Shown: positions 16,161-25,968, numbered from the stretch's first letter. The stretch: 34,218 bases of DNA from an uncultured Eubacteriaceae bacterium (GCA_938042265.1 CALIRN010000327.1:1-34218); one strand, 5' to 3'. A program made the numbers and translations. Notes: generated from the sequence alone by a model not told the origin.

Positions 16161-19100
16161 TTAAAATGTCTTCTCAGTAAGCTCCGCATTACTGTTATAG
16201 TAATAACGGGTACCATCTATTTCAGTAAACGTGTAAATATAAGTACCTGTAAAGTCAGCATCTGAGCCATATACAAGTGTATCAAAGTAAGTGTTAAGTC
16301 CGCTTAAGTTCAAAGTAGTACCGGTATATGTACCGTTATCAGCTACCTTGCTGCTATCAAATCCCGTTGAGCTGTATACATCAGGATATACGGTGCTTAC
16401 CTTAATTTCACCCTGAAGATTGGTATCAGCAAATCCTGCATTTTCCCAATCCGCATAAGAACAATTAAGAATTACAAAACCAACTTCATCTACACTAGTT
16501 GCATTACTGTCCGTAATACCGTTAAGCTGACCGATAATTCTTACATACCTGTCAGCACCACTTGCATTGTAAGCGGCAAGTATTTCAGCATCATTTATCT
16601 CCTCAGTAGCGTAGATAGTTGTGATATTTTTACCTGCTTCAACAGTTGCTGCAAGCAATGATACAGCACTTATATAAGCATTACCTACATTTACACCTAC
16701 ACCGCTTGTCTTGTCGCTGTCCGTAAGGGCTGTAATTGTGTAAGTAACACCTTTAGTTACTTCAATTGTACGCATAACATCATTATTTGCACTGACATCA
16801 GACCTTGAAAGAATTTGTGTACTTCCATCAGAGCCTGTCACCCTTATATCGTTACCGTTAAAGGTTACTGCAAGGTTTCCGCCTGAACCTGCGATTATCT
16901 CAACATAATTTGTTGCATTATTAGCCTGAAGCTTAATATCACTGGTCTTACCACCACCTGAAACGGCGTCGGCAAAATACTTAACTTTATTTTCGCCGTC
17001 AACTGTTACATAGCTTTCATTTTTTGCGGTAAGTGATGCTGTAGTAAAATCAATTGTTTCACCAACCGTTAATGGTGAAAGTTTATCGGTAACCTCAATT
17101 TCATTTTTACTATAGGTAACAGCTATTGTTGTTTCACCTGTAAGTGTAAATGTATAAGCATTATCCGTAAGAGATACAGTAACGCCGTTTACTGTTACGG
17201 CAACCTTATTATCATCTGAAGGTACGGCTGTAATGCTCACTGTTGAATACTCATCATAAGCTGTTCCGCTTAAAAGATCAGCATCATCTACATTGACTGT
17301 GGTTTGACCTAAAGTACCATCCGTAACATCAAGCGTAACAGAATATTTTTGAACCTCATCGGGTACAAACTCAATGGAGTAAATATTAATACCGCCGTCA
17401 TCACCATCAACTGTATTTGTAATTGTAATAGTGCAAGGTATATCCTTTGTCAGAGCAAAAGTTGAGGATGCACTGGATGTGGATGTTAATGTAACACTAT
17501 TTTGAGTTGTTGTTGTTCCATCTACTGCATAGCCTCTTGTCGTACTGCTGTTAGGAGAAGCTGCTTTAATAGTAAGCTGACCTGATGTACTAGGTGTATA
17601 CTCAATAGTACAGCCTTTTGAAAGCTGAACAAGTGAATCTCTTGTCTCATTTCTTGTATTAACCTTTGGCATTACCTTGATTACCTGATTGTTACCTGCA
17701 GCCGTCATCTTAAAGCCGTTTACCTCTGCCGACTTAATATATGGGTTCTGGTAAGCATAATCAGCAGTTCCACTAGCAAGGAGAGCTTCAACAATCTTGT
17801 CGGCATTTACGGAATAAACACCCGCCTCTGAAATATTAACTGTTGGCAGCGGTACAAGCTGTACATTTACATTGCCGCTGGCAGGAAGCTTAACCTCAGC
17901 ACCTGCATATCCCTCTGCCGATACATAAAGTACACCGTTAGTAATTGCATCTGTCATATCTGTTGCAGCCGATGTATTTGCTACAATCGAGCCGCTTGGA
18001 GTGTATGTGCCCGCAGCAATCTCTGTAACAGGAATAATGCCATTGCCATCACTAATATTAAGCTCGTTGGTTGTTCCGGCAGCTGCCAAAGTTACCCAGT
18101 AATAAATTTTACCGGTTACCTTATTACCTGTTGTGCTGTCGTATACCGTTACGGTAACATCATCATTAACAGGTGTTTCAGCTTCAAGGACTACATCAAT
18201 TGAGCCTGCAGCCGTTGTTACTGTTGCTGTACCTGTAGCTGTTTTATAACCGCTCTTTGTTACTGTAGCTGTTGCCGTAAGTCCTGCTGCAAGAGCAGTA
18301 TTGTCAATATCTGCAAATGTTGCTGTATAAACGCCTGTAGTTGTTGAAGCAACTGTAGCTGTAGCTGTTCCCAAAGCAACGGATACGCTGTCAGCATCCA
18401 TAGCTGCACCTGCAGCATCCTTTACATTTACTGTAACTGTAACATCAGTGGTTGTAATGCTTTGCTCAGGAGTTAACTCAGCATAGAACAAACCCATATT
18501 TGTGTTGCTGAAGGTATATGTTTCGCCAGCTACAACATCAAAAGATATTGGGTCGATATCTTGAGTATTTCTACCCGCTGCCGAATATGTTGTTTCCTTG
18601 TTATCACTACTTGTCGTAATTTTAAAATTAGATGCACTCGTCGAACCATATCTAGCAATATACAGCTTTACTGTTCCTGCAACTGTAGGCTTAAAACTGT
18701 TTCCTGCAAGCTGTATATAATCTTGACTTGCAACTGCATTAGTTGAATTGCCATCAGAGTCTTTTAAAACTGAATCAACAAATGTACCAGTATAATTAGC
18801 AGACATTGTACCTGCTTTTGCTATATCAGTAAAGTTGAAAATAGTATTATTGCTAGTATCTGCAGGTGTCAAAACATATGAATCACTTGGTGTAGGTATG
18901 TCACTGCCGCCAATTGCTGTAAACCAAGCAGCATCAACAGTGATAGTATAGGTTGTTTGGCTAAGCATATCATCATTAAGCTCAATTGACTTGCTGCCTG
19001 CCTGATAACCTGTGTTAGCCTCCCATGAAGCTGTTACTGTGTCACCCTTAGTAGTTGTTGATGTTTTATCAAGAGTTACAACAGGATATGTTGTTGTATC

Positions 19101-19703
19101 ATATTCACCCAACTGAATAGTATATGTAGTTGGATCAACAGGTGTATCGCCACCCTCAGTAGTTATTTTGACGCCATAGAAAGTACCTCTGCTAACAGTA
19201 AAGCCTGCATAATAGGTACCATCTGCTAATGCCTTGTGACTTACAGTCATTATGTCGCCACTAACAGTTGTACTTGTCACATTATTATTCAATGTTGATG
19301 TAGTATTTGGTGCATTACCATTACTGTTATCACTGATTGTGAACGTGTTGGTTGATGAAATTGGGCTACCAACCAAAACACTGATAGTTGAATCTGCCGT
19401 TACATTACCTATAACTAACATACCCTTTTTATTGCCACCAGCCACAATAGCCGTGGTGTAACTTTCTTCACCATCTGTTACATTAACTTCAGCGAACTTA
19501 TCAGAGCTCTCACCTCTTTGCCAAGAAATATTATTTGCAACTTCAACAGTTTTTCCATTGCCACTTGGCATGCTTAAACCACTATTAAATTTATATGTGG
19601 TTGTTTCCGCCCAAACACTGCTGACATTCATTACCGTCATACAAGACAACAGCATAATGAATGCAAGCACAGAGCTTAAAGCTCTTTTAAATTTGTTATT
19701 CAT
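16161..19703 (-). CDS. Large secreted T/S/A-rich multi-domain protein of unknown function
   Basis: Signal peptide MNNKFKRALSSVLAFIMLLSCMTVMNVSSVWA. There are four paralogous beta-sandwich-like modules of ~150-170 aa ending GTFYGVKITT / GLFYAELTPE / INIYSIEFVPD / NAYISAVSLL, plus Ig/CarboxypepD_reg-like and InlB-B-repeat-like segments (YSVTLDVTDG..VSITAVPSDD..TIAVTYS). I saw no LPXTG, dockerin, SLH or catalytic motif. Confidence 0.6.
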   Translation of the reverse strand: MNNKFKRALSSVLAFIMLLSCMTVMNVSSVWAETTTYKFNSGLSMPSGNGKTVEVANNISWQRGESSDKFAEVNVTDGEESYTTAIVAGGNKKGMLVIGNVTADSTISVLVGSPISSTNTFTISDNSNGNAPNTTSTLNNNVTSTTVSGDIMTVSHKALADGTYYAGFTVSRGTFYGVKITTEGGDTPVDPTTYTIQLGEYDTTTYPVVTLDKTSTTTKGDTVTASWEANTGYQAGSKSIELNDDMLSQTTYTITVDAAWFTAIGGSDIPTPSDSYVLTPADTSNNTIFNFTDIAKAGTMSANYTGTFVDSVLKDSDGNSTNAVASQDYIQLAGNSFKPTVAGTVKLYIARYGSTSASNFKITTSSDNKETTYSAAGRNTQDIDPISFDVVAGETYTFSNTNMGLFYAELTPEQSITTTDVTVTVNVKDAAGAAMDADSVSVALGTATATVASTTTGVYTATFADIDNTALAAGLTATATVTKSGYKTATGTATVTTAAGSIDVVLEAETPVNDDVTVTVYDSTTGNKVTGKIYYWVTLAAAGTTNELNISDGNGIIPVTEIAAGTYTPSGSIVANTSAATDMTDAITNGVLYVSAEGYAGAEVKLPASGNVNVQLVPLPTVNISEAGVYSVNADKIVEALLASGTADYAYQNPYIKSAEVNGFKMTAAGNNQVIKVMPKVNTRNETRDSLVQLSKGCTIEYTPSTSGQLTIKAASPNSSTTRGYAVDGTTTTQNSVTLTSTSSASSTFALTKDIPCTITITNTVDGDDGGINIYSIEFVPDEVQKYSVTLDVTDGTLGQTTVNVDDADLLSGTAYDEYSTVSITAVPSDDNKVAVTVNGVTVSLTDNAYTFTLTGETTIAVTYSKNEIEVTDKLSPLTVGETIDFTTASLTAKNESYVTVDGENKVKYFADAVSGGGKTSDIKLQANNATNYVEIIAGSGGNLAVTFNGNDIRVTGSDGSTQILSRSDVSANNDVMRTIEVTKGVTYTITALTDSDKTSGVGVNVGNAYISAVSLLAATVEAGKNITTIYATEEINDAEILAAYNASGADRYVRIIGQLNGITDSNATSVDEVGFVILNCSYADWENAGFADTNLQGEIKVSTVYPDVYSSTGFDSSKVADNGTYTGTTLNLSGLNTYFDTLVYGSDADFTGTYIYTFTEIDGTRYYYNSNAELTEKTF

Positions 19704-19928
19704 TTTATTTTCCTCCTTTTAAATTTTTATATTTAACCCCCTTGGATTGAGGCAATACAGACAACAGCATGCTCAAAGCATTTATATATAAAGTAAAATA
19801 CAAGGTCAGCGCTGCCATAACCCCATACATAAAATATACAAACCGTTTAATGGATTGCGTTATCTGTATATAATTACCTATATAAGAGCCTCCCCCTACA
19901 TTGATAATTACTTTTATAATACCATTTT

Positions 19929-19965
19929 AGCCCTGTTTTTTCAAGGTTTTCAGGGCTTTTTTTTA
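19929..19965 (+). terminator. Orphan plus-strand terminator-like hairpin
   Basis: AGCCCTG-15 nt-CAGGGCT followed by about 8 T. There is no plus-strand gene upstream, and on the minus strand no U-tract follows the hairpin. Confidence 0.4.
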
Positions 19966-20221
19966 AATTTGGTTAATAATTTACATCGTACCTAAATTTT
20001 AATATTTTTAATTTGTGCATAAAATCAACGCAAAAAATTCTGCCGTCATTTTTCACATTTTTCACCTTTATTTTTTGGCTAATTTATACAAAATTCATCT
20101 CCCGAAAATGTACGTACAGTTTTGCGAAATTTGTGTTTATGCAAACAAATTTATATTATACAGTGTACGGACATTTTGCCGCATATACCGTTATACGCTT
20201 TCACAAACAGCCAATCCTGCT

Positions 20222-20701
20222 TTATTTCTTCTCTACCAGGCAGGCAGCCTTTGATGCAATCCCCTCTCCATTCCCCGTAAAGCCAAGTCCCTCCTCTGTA
20301 GTAGCCTTAACATTGATTTGGTCAAGGTTAATTTCCAATGCTGCAGCTATATTTTTCTCCATTTCGGGTATATGAGGCATCATTTTGGGGCGCTGTGCCA
20401 CTATAATCGAATCAATATTGACTATAGTATAGCCTTTTTCCCTAAGCAGACCGCCTACGTGCTTTAAAAGGATAATGCTTGATATCCCCTTGTATCTTGG
20501 ATCGGTATCGGGAAAATGCTGCCCTATATCCCCAAGCTTGCAGGCACCCAAAAGAGCATCCATTATTGCGTGTACCAACACATCCGCATCAGAGTGTCCA
20601 AGCAGTCCCTTTTCGTATGGTATATTTACTCCGCCAAGTATTAAATCTCGATTTTCCGTAAGCTTATGTACATCATAGCCAAGTCCTGTTCTGAATGTCA
20701 T
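20222..20701 (-). CDS. ispF: 2-C-methyl-D-erythritol 2,4-cyclodiphosphate synthase
   Basis: [14 protein letters not shown]...[30 protein letters not shown] are canonical IspF motifs. The ATG at 20701 is preceded by AGGAGGG. Confidence 0.9.
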   Translation of the reverse strand: MTFRTGLGYDVHKLTENRDLILGGVNIPYEKGLLGHSDADVLVHAIMDALLGACKLGDIGQHFPDTDPRYKGISSIILLKHVGGLLREKGYTIVNIDSIIVAQRPKMMPHIPEMEKNIAAALEINLDQINVKATTEEGLGFTGNGEGIASKAACLVEKK

Positions 20702-20837
20702 TTTAATCCCTCCTGGCATTTGTTATAAATATATTTTAACATATTTTCTGTATAAGTACCACAAAAAACTTAAAAAACAGTATACTAAACCAAAAAAATC
20801 TGTTACAATAATAATATTTGAAAAGGAGGCAGCCCCA

Positions 20838-22616
20838 ATGGCAAGACACAGTGACAGAGTAAGCATACCATCAATACGCACCATGCCCACAGGTATTCTT
20901 ATAAAAAAATTTATACCATATTACAGGCATCATTTAGGGGTGCTTTTATTCGACCTAACCTGTGCCGGCTTTACATCAGTAGGCGAGCTGGTATTACCCC
21001 TTATTATAAGGAGCATTACAGGCAGAGCAGAGGCAGGCATTCTTACGGCTGATTTTATACTGACAGTGGGTATTATATACGTAATACTAAGGTTAATTGA
21101 TACCTCTGCTCAGTATTTTATGAACAACAGAGGTCATGTAATGGGTGCCGCTATAGAAACGGATATGAGGCACGATTTATTTGAACACCTGCAAAGGCTC
21201 AGCTTTAAATTTTATGACGAAACCAAAATAGGTCAGATAATGGCAAGGCTCACCAGTGATTTATTTGATATTACCGAGTTTGCACACCATTGTCCCGAGG
21301 AGTTTTTTATTGCAGGGCTTAAAATAGTAATTGCCTTTGTAATACTTGTAAGGATAAATGTGCCCCTATCCGTTTTAATGTTTGCACAAATCCCCCTTAT
21401 GATTGTATTCACCATTAAGTTCAGATTCAGAATGAGGCAGGCATCAAAGATGTCACGTAACCAGATTGGTGAAATCAACGCAAGGGTTGAGGATAGTCTG
21501 CTCGGTATAAGAGTTGTTAAGAGCTTTGCCAACGAGGAGGTTGAAAATGCCAAGTTTGAACATGGCAACTCTGATTTTTACTCAATAAAGCAGCTCCAGT
21601 ACAGATACCTGGCAGGCTTTCACACGGTTGTAAGGCTTTTTGACTCCCTTATGTACATCAGCGTTGTACTTGCAGGCGGCTTTCTTATGATAAAAGGCAG
21701 GATGTCAGCAGGTGATTTAACCGCCTTTGTACTTTATGCAAGCACACTTTTACAAACCATAAAGCGTATTGTGGAGTTTGCTGAGCAGTTTCAGCGAGGC
21801 ATGACTGGTATAGAAAGATTTTTGGAAATTATGAATGTAGAGGAGGACATAAAGGACAGCGAAAATGCAAGGGAGCTTACAAATGCCAAAGGCGCAGTAC
21901 AGTTTGAAAATGTAACCTTCAAATATCACGACAACAAAGACAATGTGCTTGAAAATATCACCCTTAATATTAAGGCAGGAGAAAACGTTGCCTTTGTGGG
22001 TCCTTCCGGAGGAGGCAAAACTACCCTTTGCAGCCTTATACCACGTTTTTATGATGTTACTGCGGGCAGAATAACCCTTGACGGTACCGACATAAGGGAT
22101 ATTACTCTTAAATCCCTCAGAAACAGCATCGGTGTGGTACAGCAGGATGTGTACCTGTTTTCAGGTACCGTTTATGAAAATATTGAGTACGGCAAACCCG
22201 GCGCCTCAAGAGATGAAATTATTAAAGCTGCAAAGGAAGCCGGAGCTCATGACTTTATTATGAATTTACCAAACGGTTATGACTCCTACGTAGGTGAAAG
22301 AGGACTTAAGCTTTCCGGCGGTCAGAAGCAAAGAATAAGCATTGCAAGAGTATTTCTTAAAAACCCGCCTGTGCTTATACTCGATGAGGCGACCTCCGCG
22401 CTGGATAACGAGAGCGAAATGCTTGTACAAAAATCTCTTGAACGGCTTGCAAAGGGCAGAACAACCCTTACCGTTGCCCATAGGCTTACCACAATAAAAA
22501 ATGCAGATTATATTATTGTGCTGACAGACGAGGGTATTGCCGAAACAGGCAGCCATAAGGAGTTGCTTGAAAAAGGCGGCATTTATGCTAATTTGTATAA
22601 AATGTATGCGGAATAA
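20838..22616 (+). CDS. ABC exporter, fused permease/ATPase (ABCB/MsbA-like)
   Basis: N-terminal 6-TM domain, Walker A GPSGGGKTT, signature LSGGQKQR, Walker B ILDEATSALD and an H-loop (VAHRL). Confidence 0.85.
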   Translation: MARHSDRVSIPSIRTMPTGILIKKFIPYYRHHLGVLLFDLTCAGFTSVGELVLPLIIRSITGRAEAGILTADFILTVGIIYVILRLIDTSAQYFMNNRGHVMGAAIETDMRHDLFEHLQRLSFKFYDETKIGQIMARLTSDLFDITEFAHHCPEEFFIAGLKIVIAFVILVRINVPLSVLMFAQIPLMIVFTIKFRFRMRQASKMSRNQIGEINARVEDSLLGIRVVKSFANEEVENAKFEHGNSDFYSIKQLQYRYLAGFHTVVRLFDSLMYISVVLAGGFLMIKGRMSAGDLTAFVLYASTLLQTIKRIVEFAEQFQRGMTGIERFLEIMNVEEDIKDSENARELTNAKGAVQFENVTFKYHDNKDNVLENITLNIKAGENVAFVGPSGGGKTTLCSLIPRFYDVTAGRITLDGTDIRDITLKSLRNSIGVVQQDVYLFSGTVYENIEYGKPGASRDEIIKAAKEAGAHDFIMNLPNGYDSYVGERGLKLSGGQKQRISIARVFLKNPPVLILDEATSALDNESEMLVQKSLERLAKGRTTLTVAHRLTTIKNADYIIVLTDEGIAETGSHKELLEKGGIYANLYKMYAE

Positions 22617-22680
22617 GCTAAATAGTTCCCTGAAATAATGATTAATTTGGCTTAAAACCTAATAAATATCAGCAAATACC

Positions 22681-22720
22681 AAAAAAAGAGCGTGGCTGTA
22701 AGTCACGCTCAAATTATTTT
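22681..22720. terminator. Bidirectional terminator between the convergent ABC exporter and pyk
   Basis: AAAAAAAGAGCGTG-gctgtaagt-CACGCTC followed by a T-rich tract. Confidence 0.7.
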
Positions 22721-22751
22721 TATTTTTGAATTAAGCAGTATTTCCTTATAA

Positions 22752-24512
22752 TTAATTATTGCAATTGTAAACAATACCTTTACCGCTGTCAACCTTTACA
22801 AGAAGATTATCGGGAATAATCTCCTCAACATTTTTGTCAGCAATAATTACAGGAATATCTGCAGACTTGGCTGCATTAATAAGCTGCTTAAAATCATCAT
22901 TCTTTGCATTGCCCGCAATAAGAGCTGCCGACTGCTTAACATAAGGTATAAGCTTGTCACTGTTATCAGCAGTTACCATAACCATACCTTTTTTAAACTT
23001 AAGGTCAAGGTTATCCTTGCTGTTAATAATAAGGGTACGTGCCGTTATATCAGGTGCAGCAGTATTTCTGCTATTTGCCTCAATAACCTTAGTACCTACA
23101 ACACCAACCTTAAGGGTGTTTGTAGCACCCATGGAGCCAAGAGGCGTACCGCCTGTGAATACCACAATATCACCAACCTGTGTAAGATCTGCACGATGTG
23201 ACTGCTCACAAACATCCTCAAAAAGCTGATGGAAGTTATCCTCTCTGTAAGTAACAGGCATTGGAATTGCGCCCCATACAAGGCTTAACTGACGCAGCGT
23301 CCTTGCATTTGGGGTACATGCAAGTATAGGACAAGCAGGTCTGTACTTTGCAACCATTCTTACGGCACGGCCTGACATACTTACTACAGCGATAAGCTTT
23401 GCACCCAGGTCATGTGCCGTTGTACATGCACTATGGCTTACTGCACTTGCAATATTGGAAAGAAGCACTGTCCTGTTTTCATCAAACTTCTTGATATAGT
23501 CAAAACTGCTCTCAACCTCTCTTGCAATCTTATCCATAGTCTGAATAGCCTCAACGGGATAATTGCCTTTTGCGCTCTCGCCTGAAAGCATAACCGCATC
23601 GGTTCTGTCATAGATAGCATTTGCTACGTCACTGACCTCTGCACGGGTAGGGCGTGGATTCTTTGTCATAGATTCAAGCATCTGTGTTGCCGTTATAACG
23701 GTTTTGGATCTCTCACGACACTTTTTGATAAGCATCTTCTGGATAATAGGTACCTCCTCAAAAGGTATCTCAACACCAAGGTCACCTCTTGCTACCATAA
23801 TAGCATCAGTAACTTCAAGAATTTGATCAATATTTTCAACACCGTCACGGTTTTCAATCTTGGAAATAATCTTTACATCACCGCCGCCGTTTTCCTCCAG
23901 TACCTTTCTGATTTCAAGTACATCGGAAGCCGAACGGATAAAGGAAGCCGCAATATAATCAACGCCCTTTTTGATACCAAACTTAATATCATCAATATCC
24001 TTTTGAGTAAGAGCAGGCAGATTAATGTGTACATCAGGCACATTTACGCCCTTTTTAGAGCCGATTTCGCCGCCGTTCATAACTGTACAAATAATGTCAT
24101 TGCCGTTAATTTCATCAACCTTAAGCTCAATAAGACCGTCATCAATAAGGATTGTAGAGCCTATATTAAGGTCAGCCACAAGCCCCTTATAAGTAACGGA
24201 TACCTTAGTTTCATCACCTGTAATATCATCTGTTGTAACGGTAAACTTCTGTCCTGCGGCAACATTAACGGAGCCGCTTGCAAAATCACCTGTACGAATT
24301 TCAGGTCCCTTTGTATCAAGCACCATAGGAATATGGGCACCCATTTCCTCTCTTGCTCTGATGAAGTTATCCATTCTCTGACCATGCTCCTCATGGCTAC
24401 CGTGAGAGAAATTAAATCTGGCAGCATTAAGACCTGCCTCAATAAGCTGCTTTATGATGGGTACCTCATTTGTAGCAGGACCAAGTGTTGCAACAATTTT
24501 AGTTTTACGCAT
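22752..24512 (-). CDS. pyk: Pyruvate kinase with a C-terminal PEP-utilizer-mobile-like extra domain
   Basis: MRKTKIVATLGPA..FNFSHG..LDTKGPEIRTG..MVARGDLGVEIP. The ATG at 24512 is preceded by AAGGAG. About 110 extra C-terminal residues resemble the Bacillus-type extra domain. Confidence 0.9.
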   Translation of the reverse strand: MRKTKIVATLGPATNEVPIIKQLIEAGLNAARFNFSHGSHEEHGQRMDNFIRAREEMGAHIPMVLDTKGPEIRTGDFASGSVNVAAGQKFTVTTDDITGDETKVSVTYKGLVADLNIGSTILIDDGLIELKVDEINGNDIICTVMNGGEIGSKKGVNVPDVHINLPALTQKDIDDIKFGIKKGVDYIAASFIRSASDVLEIRKVLEENGGGDVKIISKIENRDGVENIDQILEVTDAIMVARGDLGVEIPFEEVPIIQKMLIKKCRERSKTVITATQMLESMTKNPRPTRAEVSDVANAIYDRTDAVMLSGESAKGNYPVEAIQTMDKIAREVESSFDYIKKFDENRTVLLSNIASAVSHSACTTAHDLGAKLIAVVSMSGRAVRMVAKYRPACPILACTPNARTLRQLSLVWGAIPMPVTYREDNFHQLFEDVCEQSHRADLTQVGDIVVFTGGTPLGSMGATNTLKVGVVGTKVIEANSRNTAAPDITARTLIINSKDNLDLKFKKGMVMVTADNSDKLIPYVKQSAALIAGNAKNDDFKQLINAAKSADIPVIIADKNVEEIIPDNLLVKVDSGKGIVYNCNN

Positions 24513-24571
24513 ATTGTTTATCTCCTTTAATACATAAAATGATATTAATATTTTTTCCAATATATATAGGG

Positions 24572-24820
24572 TTATTCAGTACGTCCCTCTCCTGCCCTTA
24601 CAATACCGTAGGCAGTATAAATATCGGCATTGCCTCTTATCTTGATAGCCGAAGTATTCTCTGTAAATTGTACAATTAAAACTTCTCCCTCGTCAAGTTT
24701 TTCAGTGTGATGGAACTTGGTATCTTCACCTCTTGTAAGTCCTATAACATTAACTCCTTTTTCAAGAGATTTTACGCAAATGTAGGGAAATTCCGCATCA
24801 GTTTTGTCAATATTGTCCAT
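24572..24820 (-). CDS. mtrB: trp RNA-binding attenuation protein (TRAP) homolog
   Basis: [42 protein letters not shown] is near-identical in pattern to B. subtilis MtrB as I recall it ([42 protein letters not shown]). Size is about 82 aa from the ATG at 24820. Confidence 0.85.
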   Translation of the reverse strand: MDNIDKTDAEFPYICVKSLEKGVNVIGLTRGEDTKFHHTEKLDEGEVLIVQFTENTSAIKIRGNADIYTAYGIVRAGEGRTE

Positions 24821-24956
24821 CTTGAAAATCACTCCTTTTAGGTTTTGTTGTTTAAATTATACAAATAGCACTTTATTTTCCTGACATTTTTCTACAATTT
24901 CAGCCCATTGAAAATTTACCTTAATTTTAAGGAAAACTGAATTAATCATGATTTCT

Positions 24957-25280
24957 TTAAATAAGTCTTAACAAAGCCATGTAGAATAGAGTACCCGCAA
25001 ATATACTCAGCATGGTATTTTTAAAGCGCAACTGCAAAAGCACTACTACAAATGCCGCCAACAGCTCAGGTATGCCATGAGTACCTGTCAGAAAATGCAC
25101 ATCTTTATAACAATATATTATTATAGCACTAATTAACGCAGGTGGCAAATACTTTCCCACAAAAAGGATTATAGGTGCAGGCCTATCACCCTTTCCGAAA
25201 ATAATAAACGGCATAGCTCTGGTTGAAAAGGTTATTGCCGCCATAAGCGCTATGGATACGATAAGTTTTGTATCAGTCAT
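24957..25280 (-). CDS. azlD: AzlD-family branched-chain amino acid transport protein
   Basis: 107-aa hydrophobic protein whose start overlaps the azlC stop by 8 nt, the typical azlCD pairing. Confidence 0.75.
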   Translation of the reverse strand: MTDTKLIVSIALMAAITFSTRAMPFIIFGKGDRPAPIILFVGKYLPPALISAIIIYCYKDVHFLTGTHGIPELLAAFVVVLLQLRFKNTMLSIFAGTLFYMALLRLI

Positions 25281-25968
25281 CAGCCTCTGCCTCCTCTATC
25301 CTTTTTCTGAAAAGTATCAGCAGAGCCACGGACAAAACCGCACCCCCAAGGAGAAGATTTCCCTTGCCCAGCACAAGCCATGCAGCAACAGCTGAGACAC
25401 TCCCTATAATAAACGGCAGCTTTGTTTTGTAGGTCTTTAACTGATCTGTCAGTATTACAAGGAATAAAGCCGTCATGGCAAAATCAAGCCCCGTTGTATC
25501 AAACTTAACCGCCGTACCCAACAGTGCACCCAAAAAGGTAGCTGTCACCCAAGCCGTCTGATTAATTGCCGTTACAAACAATGCAAACCGCCTTTCGTCT
25601 ACAGTATCGGGACATTTTACACCTGTCATAAGCGCATAGGTTTCATCCGTAAGTCCGAATATCAGATACAAGCCCCTGATACCAAAGCCCTTGTAGCGCT
25701 CCAACAAAGACAAACCGTAAAACAGGTGCTTTGAGTTTATCAAAAAAGTAGATACCGCTATTGCTATGTAAGGTGAATTGTTTTTTATAAAATCCACCGC
25801 AAGATATTGTCCTGCTCCCGTATAAATAGCAAGGCTCATCACAATTGCCGTAATAAGATTACAGCCCACCGAGGTTATCATCAGCCCAAAGGCAAAGCCC
25901 GATGGCAAATATCCCAAAATAACCGGTGTACACACCCTAAGGGCATATTTAAACGTCTTTTTGCTCAC
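25273..25968 (-). CDS. azlC: AzlC-family branched-chain amino acid permease component
   Basis: Multi-TM protein with an AzlC-like N-terminus (FKYALRVCTPVILGYLPSGFAFG). I chose the GTG at 25968 (AAGAGGA RBS) because the upstream part of the ORF is occupied by the dnaE terminator hairpin. Confidence 0.75.
   Translation of the reverse strand: MSKKTFKYALRVCTPVILGYLPSGFAFGLMITSVGCNLITAIVMSLAIYTGAGQYLAVDFIKNNSPYIAIAVSTFLINSKHLFYGLSLLERYKGFGIRGLYLIFGLTDETYALMTGVKCPDTVDERRFALFVTAINQTAWVTATFLGALLGTAVKFDTTGLDFAMTALFLVILTDQLKTYKTKLPFIIGSVSAVAAWLVLGKGNLLLGGAVLSVALLILFRKRIEEAEADD

Noticed and set aside
20013-20375. Two overlapping plus-strand ORFs (120 and 79 aa) spanning the ispF 3' end and the AT-rich spacer.
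   Set aside because: They have no RBS, hydrophobic/aromatic junk composition and GTG/ATG starts in AT-rich non-coding DNA. They also partly overlap ispF in antisense.
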